This document shows positions 1-9,587 of a stretch of 64,000 nt of DNA, piece by piece. The stretch comes from an uncultured Planctomycetota bacterium (GTDB lineage: Bacteria; Planctomycetota; Planctomycetia; Isosphaerales; Isosphaeraceae). The translations under genes and the position numbers were made by a program. The stretch covers positions 192,001 to 256,000 of the forward strand of contig CAWGMQ010000011.1 in the NCBI GenBank assembly GCA_963823665.1, in the 5' to 3' direction. The notes under the pieces were generated by a model. That model was not told where the DNA came from. It worked only from the letters and a program-made list of their open reading frames with translations, and did no database searches. The first letter of the stretch is position 1. The number at the start of each line of letters is the position of its first letter.

Positions 1-46
1 TTTGACTCGTCAGCGGAATTTGCGGAACGGACGGTACGGGTTGATC

Positions 47-94
47 CTGCGGAGAATAGCGGGTATTATCTCCGCAGAACGTGCGGAGAATAAT
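47..94. promoter_or_regulatory. Three TGCGGAGA(A)TA half-sites (direct and inverted) upstream of fic; putative operator
   Basis: ctgcggagaata 47-58, attatctccgca 65-76, tgcggagaataat 82-94; the last two form an imperfect inverted repeat abutting the start codon. Confidence 0.55.
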
Positions 95-98
95 CAGC

Positions 99-1252
99 GT
101 GTACATCCACCGCAGATCCGGTTGGCCCCGATTTCACTGGGACCAGATTGCCCTGGCCGACAAGCTTGCTGCGGTGCGGCACAGGCAGGGGCGGCTTGTC
201 GGCAGGATGGAGGCGCTCGGGTTTCGCCTTCGCGAGGAGGCGGTGCTCGCCACGCTCACGCAGGACGTGCTCAAGTCGAGCGAGATCGAGGGGGAGATTC
301 TGGACAGCGATCAGGTGCGGTCGTCGATCGGCGCCGGCTGGGGTTGGATCTCGGGGGGCTCACACCGGCCGACCGGTATGTCGAGGGCATCGTCGAGATG
401 ATGCTCGACGCGACTCAGAATTATCAAGAGCCACTGACGGTGGAACGGCTGTTCGGCTGGCATGCCGCGCTGTTTCCCACGGGGCGGAGTACCCTGCATC
501 GGATCCGGGTGGGCGCATGGCGGGATGATCGCACCGGCCCCATGCAGGTCGTCTCGGGGCCGATTGGCAGGCAGCGGGTGCACTTCGAGGCGCCTGCGGC
601 TGAGCGGCTGGACAAAGAAATGGGGTTGTTCCTTGACTGGTTCAACGGGCCGGTTGCAACCGACCAGGTTCTGTTTGCCGCTCAGGCCCATCTCTGGTTC
701 GTGACCATTCACGCGTTCGACGACGGCAACGGGCGGATTGCCCGCGGCATCGCCGATATGGCCCTGGCGCGCTCCGAGCAGAGCCCGAAGCGGTTTTACA
801 GCATGTCGGCGCAGATTCAGCTCGAGCGAAACGATTACTACAACATTTTGGAGCGGACACAGAAGGCCGGGCTCGAGGTCACGCCTTGGATGCACTGGTT
901 CCTGGACTGTCTGGACCGGGCGTTTCTGGGCGCGGAAACCACACTGGCGAGCGTGCTGCGGAAGGCCCGGTTCTGGGATGCACACGCTGGAGAGTCGTTC
1001 GACGAACGGCAGCGGAAGGTTTTGGGGCGGTTGCTCGATGGGTTCGAGCGGAAGCTCACGTCCACGAAATGGGCCGAGCTCGGCAGTTGTTCGCAGGACA
1101 CGGCCGGGCGCGATATTGCGGATCTGGTCGGGCGCGGCATTTTGAGGAAGGATTCGGCGGGTGGTCGGAGTACGAGCTATTCGTTGATCGAACCAGTCGG
1201 GGAGCTCGAGCGCTCGCGAGGTTGGAGATCGGGTGGGAAGCGCAGCGGGTGA
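99..1252 (+). CDS. Fic family protein with DUF4172-like N-terminus and C-terminal winged helix; one frameshift near 330
   Basis: YIHRRSGWPRFHWD...KSSEIEGE (ORF 81..401) joins the ORF 2..1252 frame; Fic motif HAFDDGNGRIAR; C-terminal GGRSTSY. Confidence 0.9.
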
Positions 1253-1267
1253 CGGGAGTGAAGGGGG

Positions 1268-1299
1268 GACGCACTTTCGCGGAGCGAAAGGCGACTCTG
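1268..1299. repeat. REP-like palindrome family 1 (CTTTCGC-GGA-GCGAAAG), copy 1
   Basis: 32 bp identical to 37916-37947; degenerate copy at 34053-34080. Confidence 0.85.
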
Positions 1300-1337
1300 C
1301 TGGGAGTCTGCGGGGATACGACGGGCGATCGCGCCGG

Positions 1338-2417
1338 TCACAGGCAGGCACCGTGGCCGAGGGCGTTCAAGAGCAGGAGCAGGAAGTTGGCAACGTCCCG
1401 CTCGCCGTCGGGCTTTTCTGTTGCGATCGAGATGTCCACGATTCCCGGGCCTTCTTGCTGGATTTTGCGGGTGAATCGTGTTTCGGGGTGGTCCCAATAT
1501 CCTCGTACCATGGCGAGGGCGTTCTCATTCGCCGAGAGGCATTTGATCTTCGCGTTGTTGCGATTGGCTGGATCGACCCAGAAGACAAGGCCGGTCGGTT
1601 CGTTGTCCGGAGAGCCGGTCCCGGTCTTGGCGTTCAATTGGGGCGGACGACCGTGTCCGGCCTGTTTGACGTCCAAGCAGCGGATCGCCCAGGCTTTGGC
1701 GGTCGGGTCAAGGTGACGCCATTCGGGGCGGCTGGCGGGGAACGCGCGGGTTTCGGGCCGCTTTCCCATCCGCATGAGGACGGTGGTGAGATAAGCGTGA
1801 TCGGTGGCGAGGATGAGCGTGTTTGTGCCGGGAAGCGCGACGCAGAGAGGATAGGGCTCGCGCCCGGTCTTTTCGCCGGGAAGATCCCAGAAGACGTCCC
1901 ATTCGCTGCGCACCAGTTTGCCGTCGAATGTCGCGACCGAGACGCCGGAGAGGATCTCTGTCTTCGTGGCATGCTTGCTGAGTGACTGCTCGAGAGCCTT
2001 GCCGTCAGCACCAAAGTCGTTCTGGAAGATGACGATGAGGGCACCCTCGTATCGCATCATTCCGAATCCGTTCGGGGCACGAAAACGGCGGCTGCCGTGG
2101 ACGGCAAGCGCGATCGGCCGCGTGCGCAAGGTCTTCGCAAGCTCGGGGTCGAAGTGATCGTCGCCGATCGACAGGGTCATCAGTTGGGCGGTGCGCTCGA
2201 GTCCAAGGGCATCGACGTCGACTCCGCGAGGCTCGGCGCCAAGGGCGAATGGGCCTTGCGCGACCATGAGCGTCTCGGTGTCTTCCGGTAGCCACCATAA
2301 GACGTCATCGACGGCTTTGCTTAGCTTGAAGTGGTGGGGCTGAGCCTGGGACGACGGCGCAAGCGCGATGGTGGAAACGACGCCAAGCCAGCATGCGAGA
2401 GCAGTCGTTCGTGTCAT
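1338..2417 (-). CDS. Hypothetical secreted protein
   Basis: Signal-peptide-like N-terminus MTRTTALACWLGVVSTIALAPSSQA; GAGGA upstream; globular composition. Confidence 0.7.
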   Translation of the reverse strand: MTRTTALACWLGVVSTIALAPSSQAQPHHFKLSKAVDDVLWWLPEDTETLMVAQGPFALGAEPRGVDVDALGLERTAQLMTLSIGDDHFDPELAKTLRTRPIALAVHGSRRFRAPNGFGMMRYEGALIVIFQNDFGADGKALEQSLSKHATKTEILSGVSVATFDGKLVRSEWDVFWDLPGEKTGREPYPLCVALPGTNTLILATDHAYLTTVLMRMGKRPETRAFPASRPEWRHLDPTAKAWAIRCLDVKQAGHGRPPQLNAKTGTGSPDNEPTGLVFWVDPANRNNAKIKCLSANENALAMVRGYWDHPETRFTRKIQQEGPGIVDISIATEKPDGERDVANFLLLLLNALGHGACL

Positions 2418-2545
2418 TGCGTTCATCCTCTAGCGTCCATGTTGTTCTGGCGGAAGCGTGGCGGTTTGGACAGAATCTGTCAAGCCGAGGAATAGATCGA
2501 GGGCTCTGCTGGCGCGGGCATTTTTTGTCACTTGAGGATAGATCG

Positions 2546-4072
2546 ATGCGATCGGTGCTAATGCGGTTCCGCTTGGGCACGATCTGGGCGTTCGCTTGCT
2601 GGGCTTTGGGCTCGTGGCCGTGTGCGGAAGAAGCCGTTTTCGCCGGTGGTCCCGCTGGTGCGCGGCGGCCGAATATCCTCATCGCCATTGCCGACGATTG
2701 GTCGTACGGGCATGCCGGGGTCTATGGCTGCGGGTGGGTACAAACACCGGCGTTCGATCGCGTCGCGCGGGAGGGCGTGCTGTTCAAGAATGCCTTCACG
2801 AATAACCCCAAATGCAGCCCGTGCCGCGCGAGCTTGCTCACCGGGCGAAATACCTGGCAGCTTGACGAGGCGTGCAATCACTTCGGCGTCTTTCCAGCGC
2901 GGTGGCCGGTGTACCCTGACTTGCTCGAGCAGGCGGGGTACCATGTCGGGTTCACCGGCAAGGGCTGGGGGCCGGGCGATTTTCGCGCGGGCGGGTTCAA
3001 ACGCAACCCGGCCGGAGCGGAGTATGGCCGGTATAAGTCCGCGCCGCCTCATCGCAACGTCGCGAGCGTCGACTACGCACGCAACTTCGCCGACTTTTTG
3101 GCAAATCGCAAGGCCGGCCAGCCGTTCTGCTTCTGGTACGGCGGAAATGAGCCGCATCGGGAATACGAGGAGGGCGTCGGGCGGCGGTTGGGCAAAGATC
3201 CCAAGGCTGTCAAGCTTCCCTCGTATTACCCCGATTCGGATCTGATCCGCAATGACATGCTCGATTACGCCGTCGAGGTCGAGTGGTTTGACACGCATCT
3301 CGGGCGGATGATCGCGCTTCTGGAGCAGGCGGGTGAGCTGGATGACACGCTCATTGTTGTCACGTCGGATCATGGGATGCCGTTTCCTCGAGTCAAGGGG
3401 CAGATCTACGAGCACGGCGTGCATCTTCCGTGCGCAGTGCGGTGGGGCAGCCGCGCGGGAAAAGGGCGGGTTGTCGACGACTTCATCAACGTGCGGGATC
3501 TGGCGCCGACGTTCCTCGAGGCTGCGGGAATGGCGATTCCGGCATCCATCACCGGGCGCAGCTTCCTCGACGTGCTGGTGAGCGGGAGGTCGGGGAAGGT
3601 GGATCTGGCGCGGGATCGCGTGCTGCTGGGCAAGGAGCGGCACGACCTGGGCCGGCCGCTGGATCAGGGGTATCCGGTGCGAGCGATCAGAACTGCGGAA
3701 TATTTCTACATTCTCAACTACGAGCCGGACCGCTGGCCGGTGGGTAACCCGGAGACCGGGTACCGCAACTGCGACGACGGACCAAGCAAGACATTCATCC
3801 TTTCGCGATTTGACGCGTTTTACCGGCTCTGTTTCGGCAAGCGGCCGCGCGAGGAGCTGTACCGGGTCGGCGACGACCCGGACTGCGTGAAGAACCTGGC
3901 GGAGCAGCCGGAGCTGCGGCCGGTCAAACAGAAGCTGCGGGAGGAGATGGAGGCGGCGCTGCGGCGGGAAGGAGATCCACGGGCGCTGGGAAACGGGGGG
4001 ATTTTTGACACTTATGAATATGTTGGGCCGCGGCTGCACTCTTGGGATCGATGGCTGAAATACCAGAAGTGA
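2546..4072 (+). CDS. Formylglycine-dependent sulfatase (sulfamidase-like)
   Basis: RPNILIAIADD, CSPCRASLLTG (CxPxR), SDHG motifs; signal peptide; GAGGA RBS. Confidence 0.93.
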   Translation: MRSVLMRFRLGTIWAFACWALGSWPCAEEAVFAGGPAGARRPNILIAIADDWSYGHAGVYGCGWVQTPAFDRVAREGVLFKNAFTNNPKCSPCRASLLTGRNTWQLDEACNHFGVFPARWPVYPDLLEQAGYHVGFTGKGWGPGDFRAGGFKRNPAGAEYGRYKSAPPHRNVASVDYARNFADFLANRKAGQPFCFWYGGNEPHREYEEGVGRRLGKDPKAVKLPSYYPDSDLIRNDMLDYAVEVEWFDTHLGRMIALLEQAGELDDTLIVVTSDHGMPFPRVKGQIYEHGVHLPCAVRWGSRAGKGRVVDDFINVRDLAPTFLEAAGMAIPASITGRSFLDVLVSGRSGKVDLARDRVLLGKERHDLGRPLDQGYPVRAIRTAEYFYILNYEPDRWPVGNPETGYRNCDDGPSKTFILSRFDAFYRLCFGKRPREELYRVGDDPDCVKNLAEQPELRPVKQKLREEMEAALRREGDPRALGNGGIFDTYEYVGPRLHSWDRWLKYQK

Positions 4073-4239
4073 TGACTTGCTGGCCGAGTACGCACGAACT
4101 CAGATGGGCCTGTGGAAGCGGACTCGGGACAACGGGACAGGGCGAATTCAGGGATTTTGAACAGAAGGTAAGCAAGTTAACGAAGAGGAGGCATAGGACA
4201 GGTTGACTTGTGATCAGGCTCCACATAGGATCGGCGGTG
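4025..4239 (+). repeat. Direct repeat A, left copy (sulfatase 3' end, intergenic DNA, promoter)
   Basis: Alignable by eye over ~210 bp to 36266-36471. Confidence 0.92.
4203..4231 (+). promoter_or_regulatory. Sigma70-type promoter
   Basis: TTGACT-17 bp-TAGGAT upstream of GGAGG RBS; both hexamers conserved in the second copy at 36435-36463. Confidence 0.65.
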
Positions 4240-4267
4240 GGCGCGTTCTTTGATGAATGGAGGTATG

Positions 4268-5454
4268 ATGGCCGAGCAACGTAAGATCGTCACTGCCGCG
4301 CCGGAGAATAGCGAGACGCCGATCGATTCGCTGCGCAGTTGGGTCACGCCGACGCGGCTGTTTTTTGTCCGCAATCACTTTCCTGTGCCGGAAATCGACC
4401 TGGCGGACTGGCGCTTGAGTGTTGAAGGTTGTGTCAAGAATCGGCGCGAGTGGACGTGGGATGAATTGATGGAGCTGCCCGAGCACACCGTGTTTGCCAC
4501 GGTTGAGTGCGCGGGGAACGGGCGCTCGTTTCTGGCGCCGGTGCAGGCGGGCGTGCAGTGGGGCGCAGGGGCTGTTGGCCACGCGGAGTGGACCGGGGTG
4601 CCGCTCAAGTTCGTGCTGGAACGATCGGGGCTTGCGCCTGATGCGCTCGAGGTGCTCTTCGAGGGGGTGGATACCGGAACGGAGCATGACCATCCGGAGC
4701 CGATGGCGTTTGAGGCGCAGCTTGCCGCTGGCGAAGGCGCTTCATCCAGATACACTGCTGGCTTCGCGGATGAACGGGGATCTGCTCGAGCCGGCGCACG
4801 GATACCCGCTGCGGCTGATGGTGCCGGGGTGGTACGGGGTGGCCTCGGTGAAGTGGCTGCGGCGGATCGAGGTGGTGAGCACACCGTTTCGCGGCTATTT
4901 CCAGTCGATCAAGTACACGTATCAGCTCAAGACCGAGCGCGGAGTCGAAACAGAAATTGTCGGGCCGATGATGCCGAAGTCGGAGATCGTGCGCCCGCGC
5001 CGGCGAGGTGCTTTCCCTGGGCGATCAGAGGTTCTTCGGCGCGGCGTGGGCGGGCGAAGACAGTGTGAGCCGGGTCGAGGTGAGCACGGACGGCGGCGAG
5101 ACCTGGACCGAAGCGACGATGATGGGCCCGCAGGCCCCGTATTCGTGGACGCTGTGGGAATATCGCTGGCGGGCTGAGTCGGAGGGCGAGCACAAGATTC
5201 TGGCGCGTGCGACTTCGTCGAGCGGCCGGGTGCAGCCGGAGGGGCATGAGTCGCTTAACGGGGGCTACCTGATTCACCATAGCCGGCCGCTTCAGGTGCG
5301 TGTGGAGCGTGTTGCCGCCCATGCGGAGGCGGACGCCACTGCCGTCTCTTCCCATGCGCACACGATCATGTACGACATGAATGCGTATGCCGAGGAGAAT
5401 ATGCGTTTGCCACTCGACGTTGAGATGGAGTTCATGGGTGGTGGGGGGATTTGA
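4268..5454 (+). CDS. Sulfite-oxidase-family molybdopterin oxidoreductase; frameshifts near 4715 and 5005
   Basis: TPTRLFFVRNH, ECAGNGR (Mo-ligand Cys), HGYPLRLMVPGWYGVASVKWL, RVEVSTDGG dimerisation domain spread over three frames. Confidence 0.88.
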
Positions 5455-5499
5455 GCGCGGGCGCGGGTGCTCCGGGGAGACGTTCGAACGCGGCCGGAA

Positions 5500-5611
5500 A
5501 AAGACATCGTTGCTGAGGTTCGGCGAAGGTTGCGGTTACAAACAAAACCGGATACGGCCACTACGGGTCAGGCTATGCGATCATTGCAAACGACCGGAAT
5601 GGGTAGTCGGG
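5500..5611 (+). pseudogene. Internally deleted remnant of the 34223..34777 gene and its downstream flank (repeat B)
   Basis: 5500-5580 matches 34328-34409; 5577-5611 matches 34792-34826; junction at shared GCGA. Confidence 0.8.
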
Positions 5612-5794
5612 AACGCCCTCGCGAGCCAGTGCAGCAGCGCATGCCCTAACCCGCAATTGCACCACGACTTACTCGCTCATTCTCCCGCTCCCGCGGAGAC
5701 GCCTGCCCCCACTCCCGCCTTGCTGATCCGATTTCGCTCACCATAATTGAAAGAATACGCGCCCACGCCTGTGTATTACTGTTGGAGGAACCGC

Positions 5795-6403
5795 ATGACC
5801 GATTCGCCAGCGACCAGGCAGAGTCTTGTGGCTCGGTTGAAAAGCCCGCGGGACGAGCAGGCATGGGGGGAGTTCGTGGAAATCTACACTCCGCTCGTCA
5901 GCAGCCTGGCGCGCGCGAAGGGCTGGCAAGCGGCCGATTCCGCCGACCTGGCCCAGGAGGTGTTTCGATCGGTCGCAGAGGCCATCGACCGATACGACCC
6001 GGACCCCGCACGCGGCTCCTTCCGAAGCTGGCTGTTTCGAATCGCCCGCAACCTCATGATCAACCTGCTCGCGGCCCGTCGCCTCCGCCCCCAAGGCAGC
6101 GGCGACTCGAACGTCCGCGAGATGCTCGAATCGGTCCCCGCGCCCGAAGGTGCTGAAACCGCCCTGTTTGATGTCGAATACCGCCGCCGGATTTTCCTGT
6201 GGGCGACCGATCAGATTCGCGACGAATTCCGCCAGTCAACCTGGCAGGCATTCTGGCTCACCGCGGTCGAGGGGCAAGACCCCGCCACCGCGGCCAGGTC
6301 GTGCGGCATCTCGGTGGGGGCAGTCTACATCGCGCGCAGCCGCGTCATGGCCCGGTTGAGAACCGTGATCGAACAAGCTGAAGGCGAATCCCGTTACTCG
6401 TGA
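5795..6403 (+). CDS. ECF sigma-70 factor, kinase-associated planctomycete type
   Basis: TRQSLVARLK..AWGEFVEIY, DLAQEVF, GSFRSWLFRIARN, AVYIARSRVMARLR; GGAGG RBS. Confidence 0.92.
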   Translation: MTDSPATRQSLVARLKSPRDEQAWGEFVEIYTPLVSSLARAKGWQAADSADLAQEVFRSVAEAIDRYDPDPARGSFRSWLFRIARNLMINLLAARRLRPQGSGDSNVREMLESVPAPEGAETALFDVEYRRRIFLWATDQIRDEFRQSTWQAFWLTAVEGQDPATAARSCGISVGAVYIARSRVMARLRTVIEQAEGESRYS

Positions 6404-6437
6404 TCGATGGCACAGACGAAGTGTCCAGGAGAAATCC

Positions 6438-9400
6438 ATGCCCGCGCCCCAGAACCAAAACGAGTGCAAGCGCCATCGATTGCGCCTCTCCCTCGATGAC
6501 CGGCTCTCCCAAAGCGAGCAGGCCGAGCTGGCCGCTCACCTCGAAGCCTGCCCGGCCTGCCGCCGTGAGCTCGAGGGAATGGCGGCCGCCAGTCACTTCT
6601 GGGGCGATGCGGCGCTGCTCCGCGGCGAGCCTTGGGCCGCGAAGGCAGCCACTGGCGTTCATTCCGATCCGCTCGCGAATTTCGACGACGACGATCGGCC
6701 CGACGCCGCCGGTCTGGATGGCCGCTGGCTCGACTTCCTCGACCCGAGCGATCCGGAGCGCCCGGAAGCACTCGGGCGTCTCGGTCCGTACGACATCCTC
6801 GAGGTGCTCGGGCGCGGCGGCATGGGCATCGTGCTCAAAGGGCGTGACCCGGCGCTGGAGCGCACCGTCGCCATCAAGGTACTCGCCCCCACGCTCGCAC
6901 ACTCCGCCAGCGCACGCCGCCGCTTCGCGCGGGAAGCCCGCGCTGTTGCGGCCGTCGTGCACGAGCACATCATCGCGATTCACGCCGTCGACGAGTTTCA
7001 CGGCCTGCCTTATCTCGTCATGGAATACGTCTCCGGCCGCTCGGTCCAGGATAAGCTCGACGCGTCCGGTCCGCTCGAAATCCGCGAGATCCTCCGCATC
7101 GGCATGCAGGCTGCCCACGCGCTGGCTGCGGCACACGCGCAAGGGGTCGTCCATCGCGATATCAAGCCGGCCAACATCCTGCTCGAAAACTGCGTCGAGC
7201 GCGTCAAGCTCACCGATTTTGGGTTGGCTCGCGCGATCGACGACGCCAGCCTCACCCAGAGCGGTGTGATCGCCGGAACGCCGCAATACATGGCGCCGGA
7301 ACAGGCGCGCGGGGAGCCGGTCGACGCGCGAGCCGACCTCTTCGCACTGGGCGCAGCAATCTACGCCATGGCCTGCGGGCGCTCGCCGTTCCGGGCCGAC
7401 TCGGCGATGGCCGTGCTCAAACGCGTGTGCGACGTCCGCCATGCGTCAATCCGTGAGCTCAACCCGGACGTGCCCCCGTGGCTCGCCGCCATCGTCGATC
7501 GCCTGCTGGCGAAAGAACCGGCCGACCGCTTCCAGACCGCTGCGGAGGTTGCCGACCTGCTCGAAGGCGGACTCGCCCATCTTCAACAGCCGGAGAGCTT
7601 GCCGCCACCCGTCGTTGACGCGGCCGAAGCAATCCTCTCGAAGCCTGATGCATTCGATCTCGAGCTCGACCCGCCCGATCTGCCCCCGGCCCGCCGTCGC
7701 CTTCGCCCCCTGTCCATCGCCGCTGCACTCCTGCTGGTGGCCATTACCGGAATCGGCGTCACCGACGCCGCCGGCTTGACGCAGGTTTCCGACTTCGTCG
7801 CCACCATCCTTCGGATCAAGACAGCCGATGGTGCGCTGATCGTCAAGGTCGAGGACCCTGCGGTGAAAGTTCAAGTCGACGGCGATGAGATTGTCATTGG
7901 CGGCACGGGCCAGCAGGAAGTGCGGCTTCGACCCGGACGCCATCGCGTTCAAGCCACGCGAGACGGCCGGCCAGTCCGTGACGATTTCGTGACCATCAGC
8001 AGAGGTGGAAAGGAAATCGTCAACATCACATTCGAACCTGCAGTCGCGTTCCTTGCGCCGCCCGAAGCACCAAGTCCATACGTTGCGGGCGTAGGTGCGC
8101 TCCCGAGCCCCAATCCGTACGTTGCGCCGGTAGGTGCGCTCCCGAGCCCCAATCCGTATGCGATCGGATCGGCTGCTCCCGCCCCGACATCGGTTCCCGT
8201 ACCCGAGGGGTCAACTCTTCCGCCCGTCGCTCCAGCAGAGCGGGCAGGAACGCCGAGTTCTATCCCTATCACTCCGGCAGATCCATCCGACGCCCCGGTT
8301 CTTCAGCCCGGTGGTCCCGCGCCGGCGCACTCCCTGCCAGCTCCTGCATCCGGCGCGCCACCCGGTGAGCCCGCTCGGTCAGTGAATCCACCCGCGCCTT
8401 CCGCTCTTCCGCAGCCGACAGTTGCGCCTTCGCCCGCGGCGACGACGCCTTCGGCTTCCGGATCCAGTGACGTGCGGCTTCCATCGGTGGTTGCGAAGCG
8501 AGTGTCCACTTACGGCATGGTCTGTGCGCTGGAGTTCTCCCCCGACGGGCGCACGCTCGCGATCGGGCAGCAGTGCGTCGGTAAGCCGGAATCCATTGTG
8601 TCGATCTGGCAGGTTGCCGATCACGGTGCGGTGTTTTGTTTACATCATCCGTTTGGATTCGGAGGCCTGGCGTTTGCGCCCGACGGCCGTGGCCTGGCCA
8701 CGGGACTCAAGGACGGCACGGTCACGATCTTTGACGATATCCATGCGCGAACGATGGGCGAGAGCGAGAATCAGGGGTCGGCTGTGACGTGCGTGGTGTT
8801 TCTGGCGAAAAGCTCGCTGGTCGCTGCCGGGGACCGGAATGGATGGGTTCGATTCCACGGCCCGGCCGGTAAGACCAAGCTCCAACCCATCAGGTATCCG
8901 GGGGCGGTCTTGAGCCTGGCAAGCAGCCCCGATGGCTCGATGCTGGCGGTCGGGGGCGATGCCAAGGTCGTTCATATTTACGACCTGGTGAAGCAAGAGC
9001 TCAAGGCGATCCTGGAAGGGCACACGCGACCGATCGAGTCGCTCGACTTCTCTTCCGACGGGAAGCTGCTCGCCTCAGCCGGCGGGTCAACCGTGCGGTT
9101 GTGGGATACAACTACGTGGAAGAGTAAAGGAGAGCGCTTTCAACTTAATCCGCCAGCGCTTTGCGTTCGCTTTTCGCCGGATGCGAAGACGCTTGCGCTC
9201 TCGGACGGTGACAAGTATTTTCAGCACGAAAAGTCCGAGGCGACGGTGATTATCCTCTGGAATCTCGCCGCCGGCGCCGAAGTCTTGCGGCTGTCCGGTC
9301 ACAAGAACGCGATCTGCGCCCTGGCCTTCTCGCCCGACGGCCGAATTCTCGCCTCGGGAAGCACGGATCAAACTGTGAAGCTCTGGAGCACCCACACCGG

Positions 9401-9461
9401 CGAGCTTCGCGAAACGATCGGGCCCGCCGATACGAACACGTCCCGGCCTCGTGCCGAGTGA
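6438..9461 (+). CDS. Membrane Ser/Thr kinase with N-terminal zinc-finger (HxxxCxxC), TM helix, Pro-rich linker and C-terminal WD40 repeats
   Basis: HLEACPAC; GRGGMG, VAIK, HRDIKPAN, DFG, GTPQYMAPE; FSPDG/GH..WD repeats. Confidence 0.93.
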   Translation: MPAPQNQNECKRHRLRLSLDDRLSQSEQAELAAHLEACPACRRELEGMAAASHFWGDAALLRGEPWAAKAATGVHSDPLANFDDDDRPDAAGLDGRWLDFLDPSDPERPEALGRLGPYDILEVLGRGGMGIVLKGRDPALERTVAIKVLAPTLAHSASARRRFAREARAVAAVVHEHIIAIHAVDEFHGLPYLVMEYVSGRSVQDKLDASGPLEIREILRIGMQAAHALAAAHAQGVVHRDIKPANILLENCVERVKLTDFGLARAIDDASLTQSGVIAGTPQYMAPEQARGEPVDARADLFALGAAIYAMACGRSPFRADSAMAVLKRVCDVRHASIRELNPDVPPWLAAIVDRLLAKEPADRFQTAAEVADLLEGGLAHLQQPESLPPPVVDAAEAILSKPDAFDLELDPPDLPPARRRLRPLSIAAALLLVAITGIGVTDAAGLTQVSDFVATILRIKTADGALIVKVEDPAVKVQVDGDEIVIGGTGQQEVRLRPGRHRVQATRDGRPVRDDFVTISRGGKEIVNITFEPAVAFLAPPEAPSPYVAGVGALPSPNPYVAPVGALPSPNPYAIGSAAPAPTSVPVPEGSTLPPVAPAERAGTPSSIPITPADPSDAPVLQPGGPAPAHSLPAPASGAPPGEPARSVNPPAPSALPQPTVAPSPAATTPSASGSSDVRLPSVVAKRVSTYGMVCALEFSPDGRTLAIGQQCVGKPESIVSIWQVADHGAVFCLHHPFGFGGLAFAPDGRGLATGLKDGTVTIFDDIHARTMGESENQGSAVTCVVFLAKSSLVAAGDRNGWVRFHGPAGKTKLQPIRYPGAVLSLASSPDGSMLAVGGDAKVVHIYDLVKQELKAILEGHTRPIESLDFSSDGKLLASAGGSTVRLWDTTTWKSKGERFQLNPPALCVRFSPDAKTLALSDGDKYFQHEKSEATVIILWNLAAGAEVLRLSGHKNAICALAFSPDGRILASGSTDQTVKLWSTHTGELRETIGPADTNTSRPRAE
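8076..8160 (+). repeat. 39-bp in-frame tandem repeat (PSPNPYVAxVGAL)
   Basis: gtaggtgcgctcccgagccccaatccgta at 8091-8119 and 8130-8158. Confidence 0.85.
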
Positions 9462-9587
9462 CAGTGTGGGATGTCCAAGGATGTGTCCGGACGAGCTGGG
9501 TCCAGGCACGCCCGCCCAGATGCACGTTGTTCTTGCCGATGCCCGCGAGCTTCACCTGACCCGAACCGGTGCCTTTCTCCTTTCAGC

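Noticed and set aside
5644..5668. Integron attC site (CCCTAAC-CCGCA-ATTGCACC)
   Set aside because: Resembles only the left arm; no complementary GTTAGGG arm, no attC series at 32-37 kb, no intI
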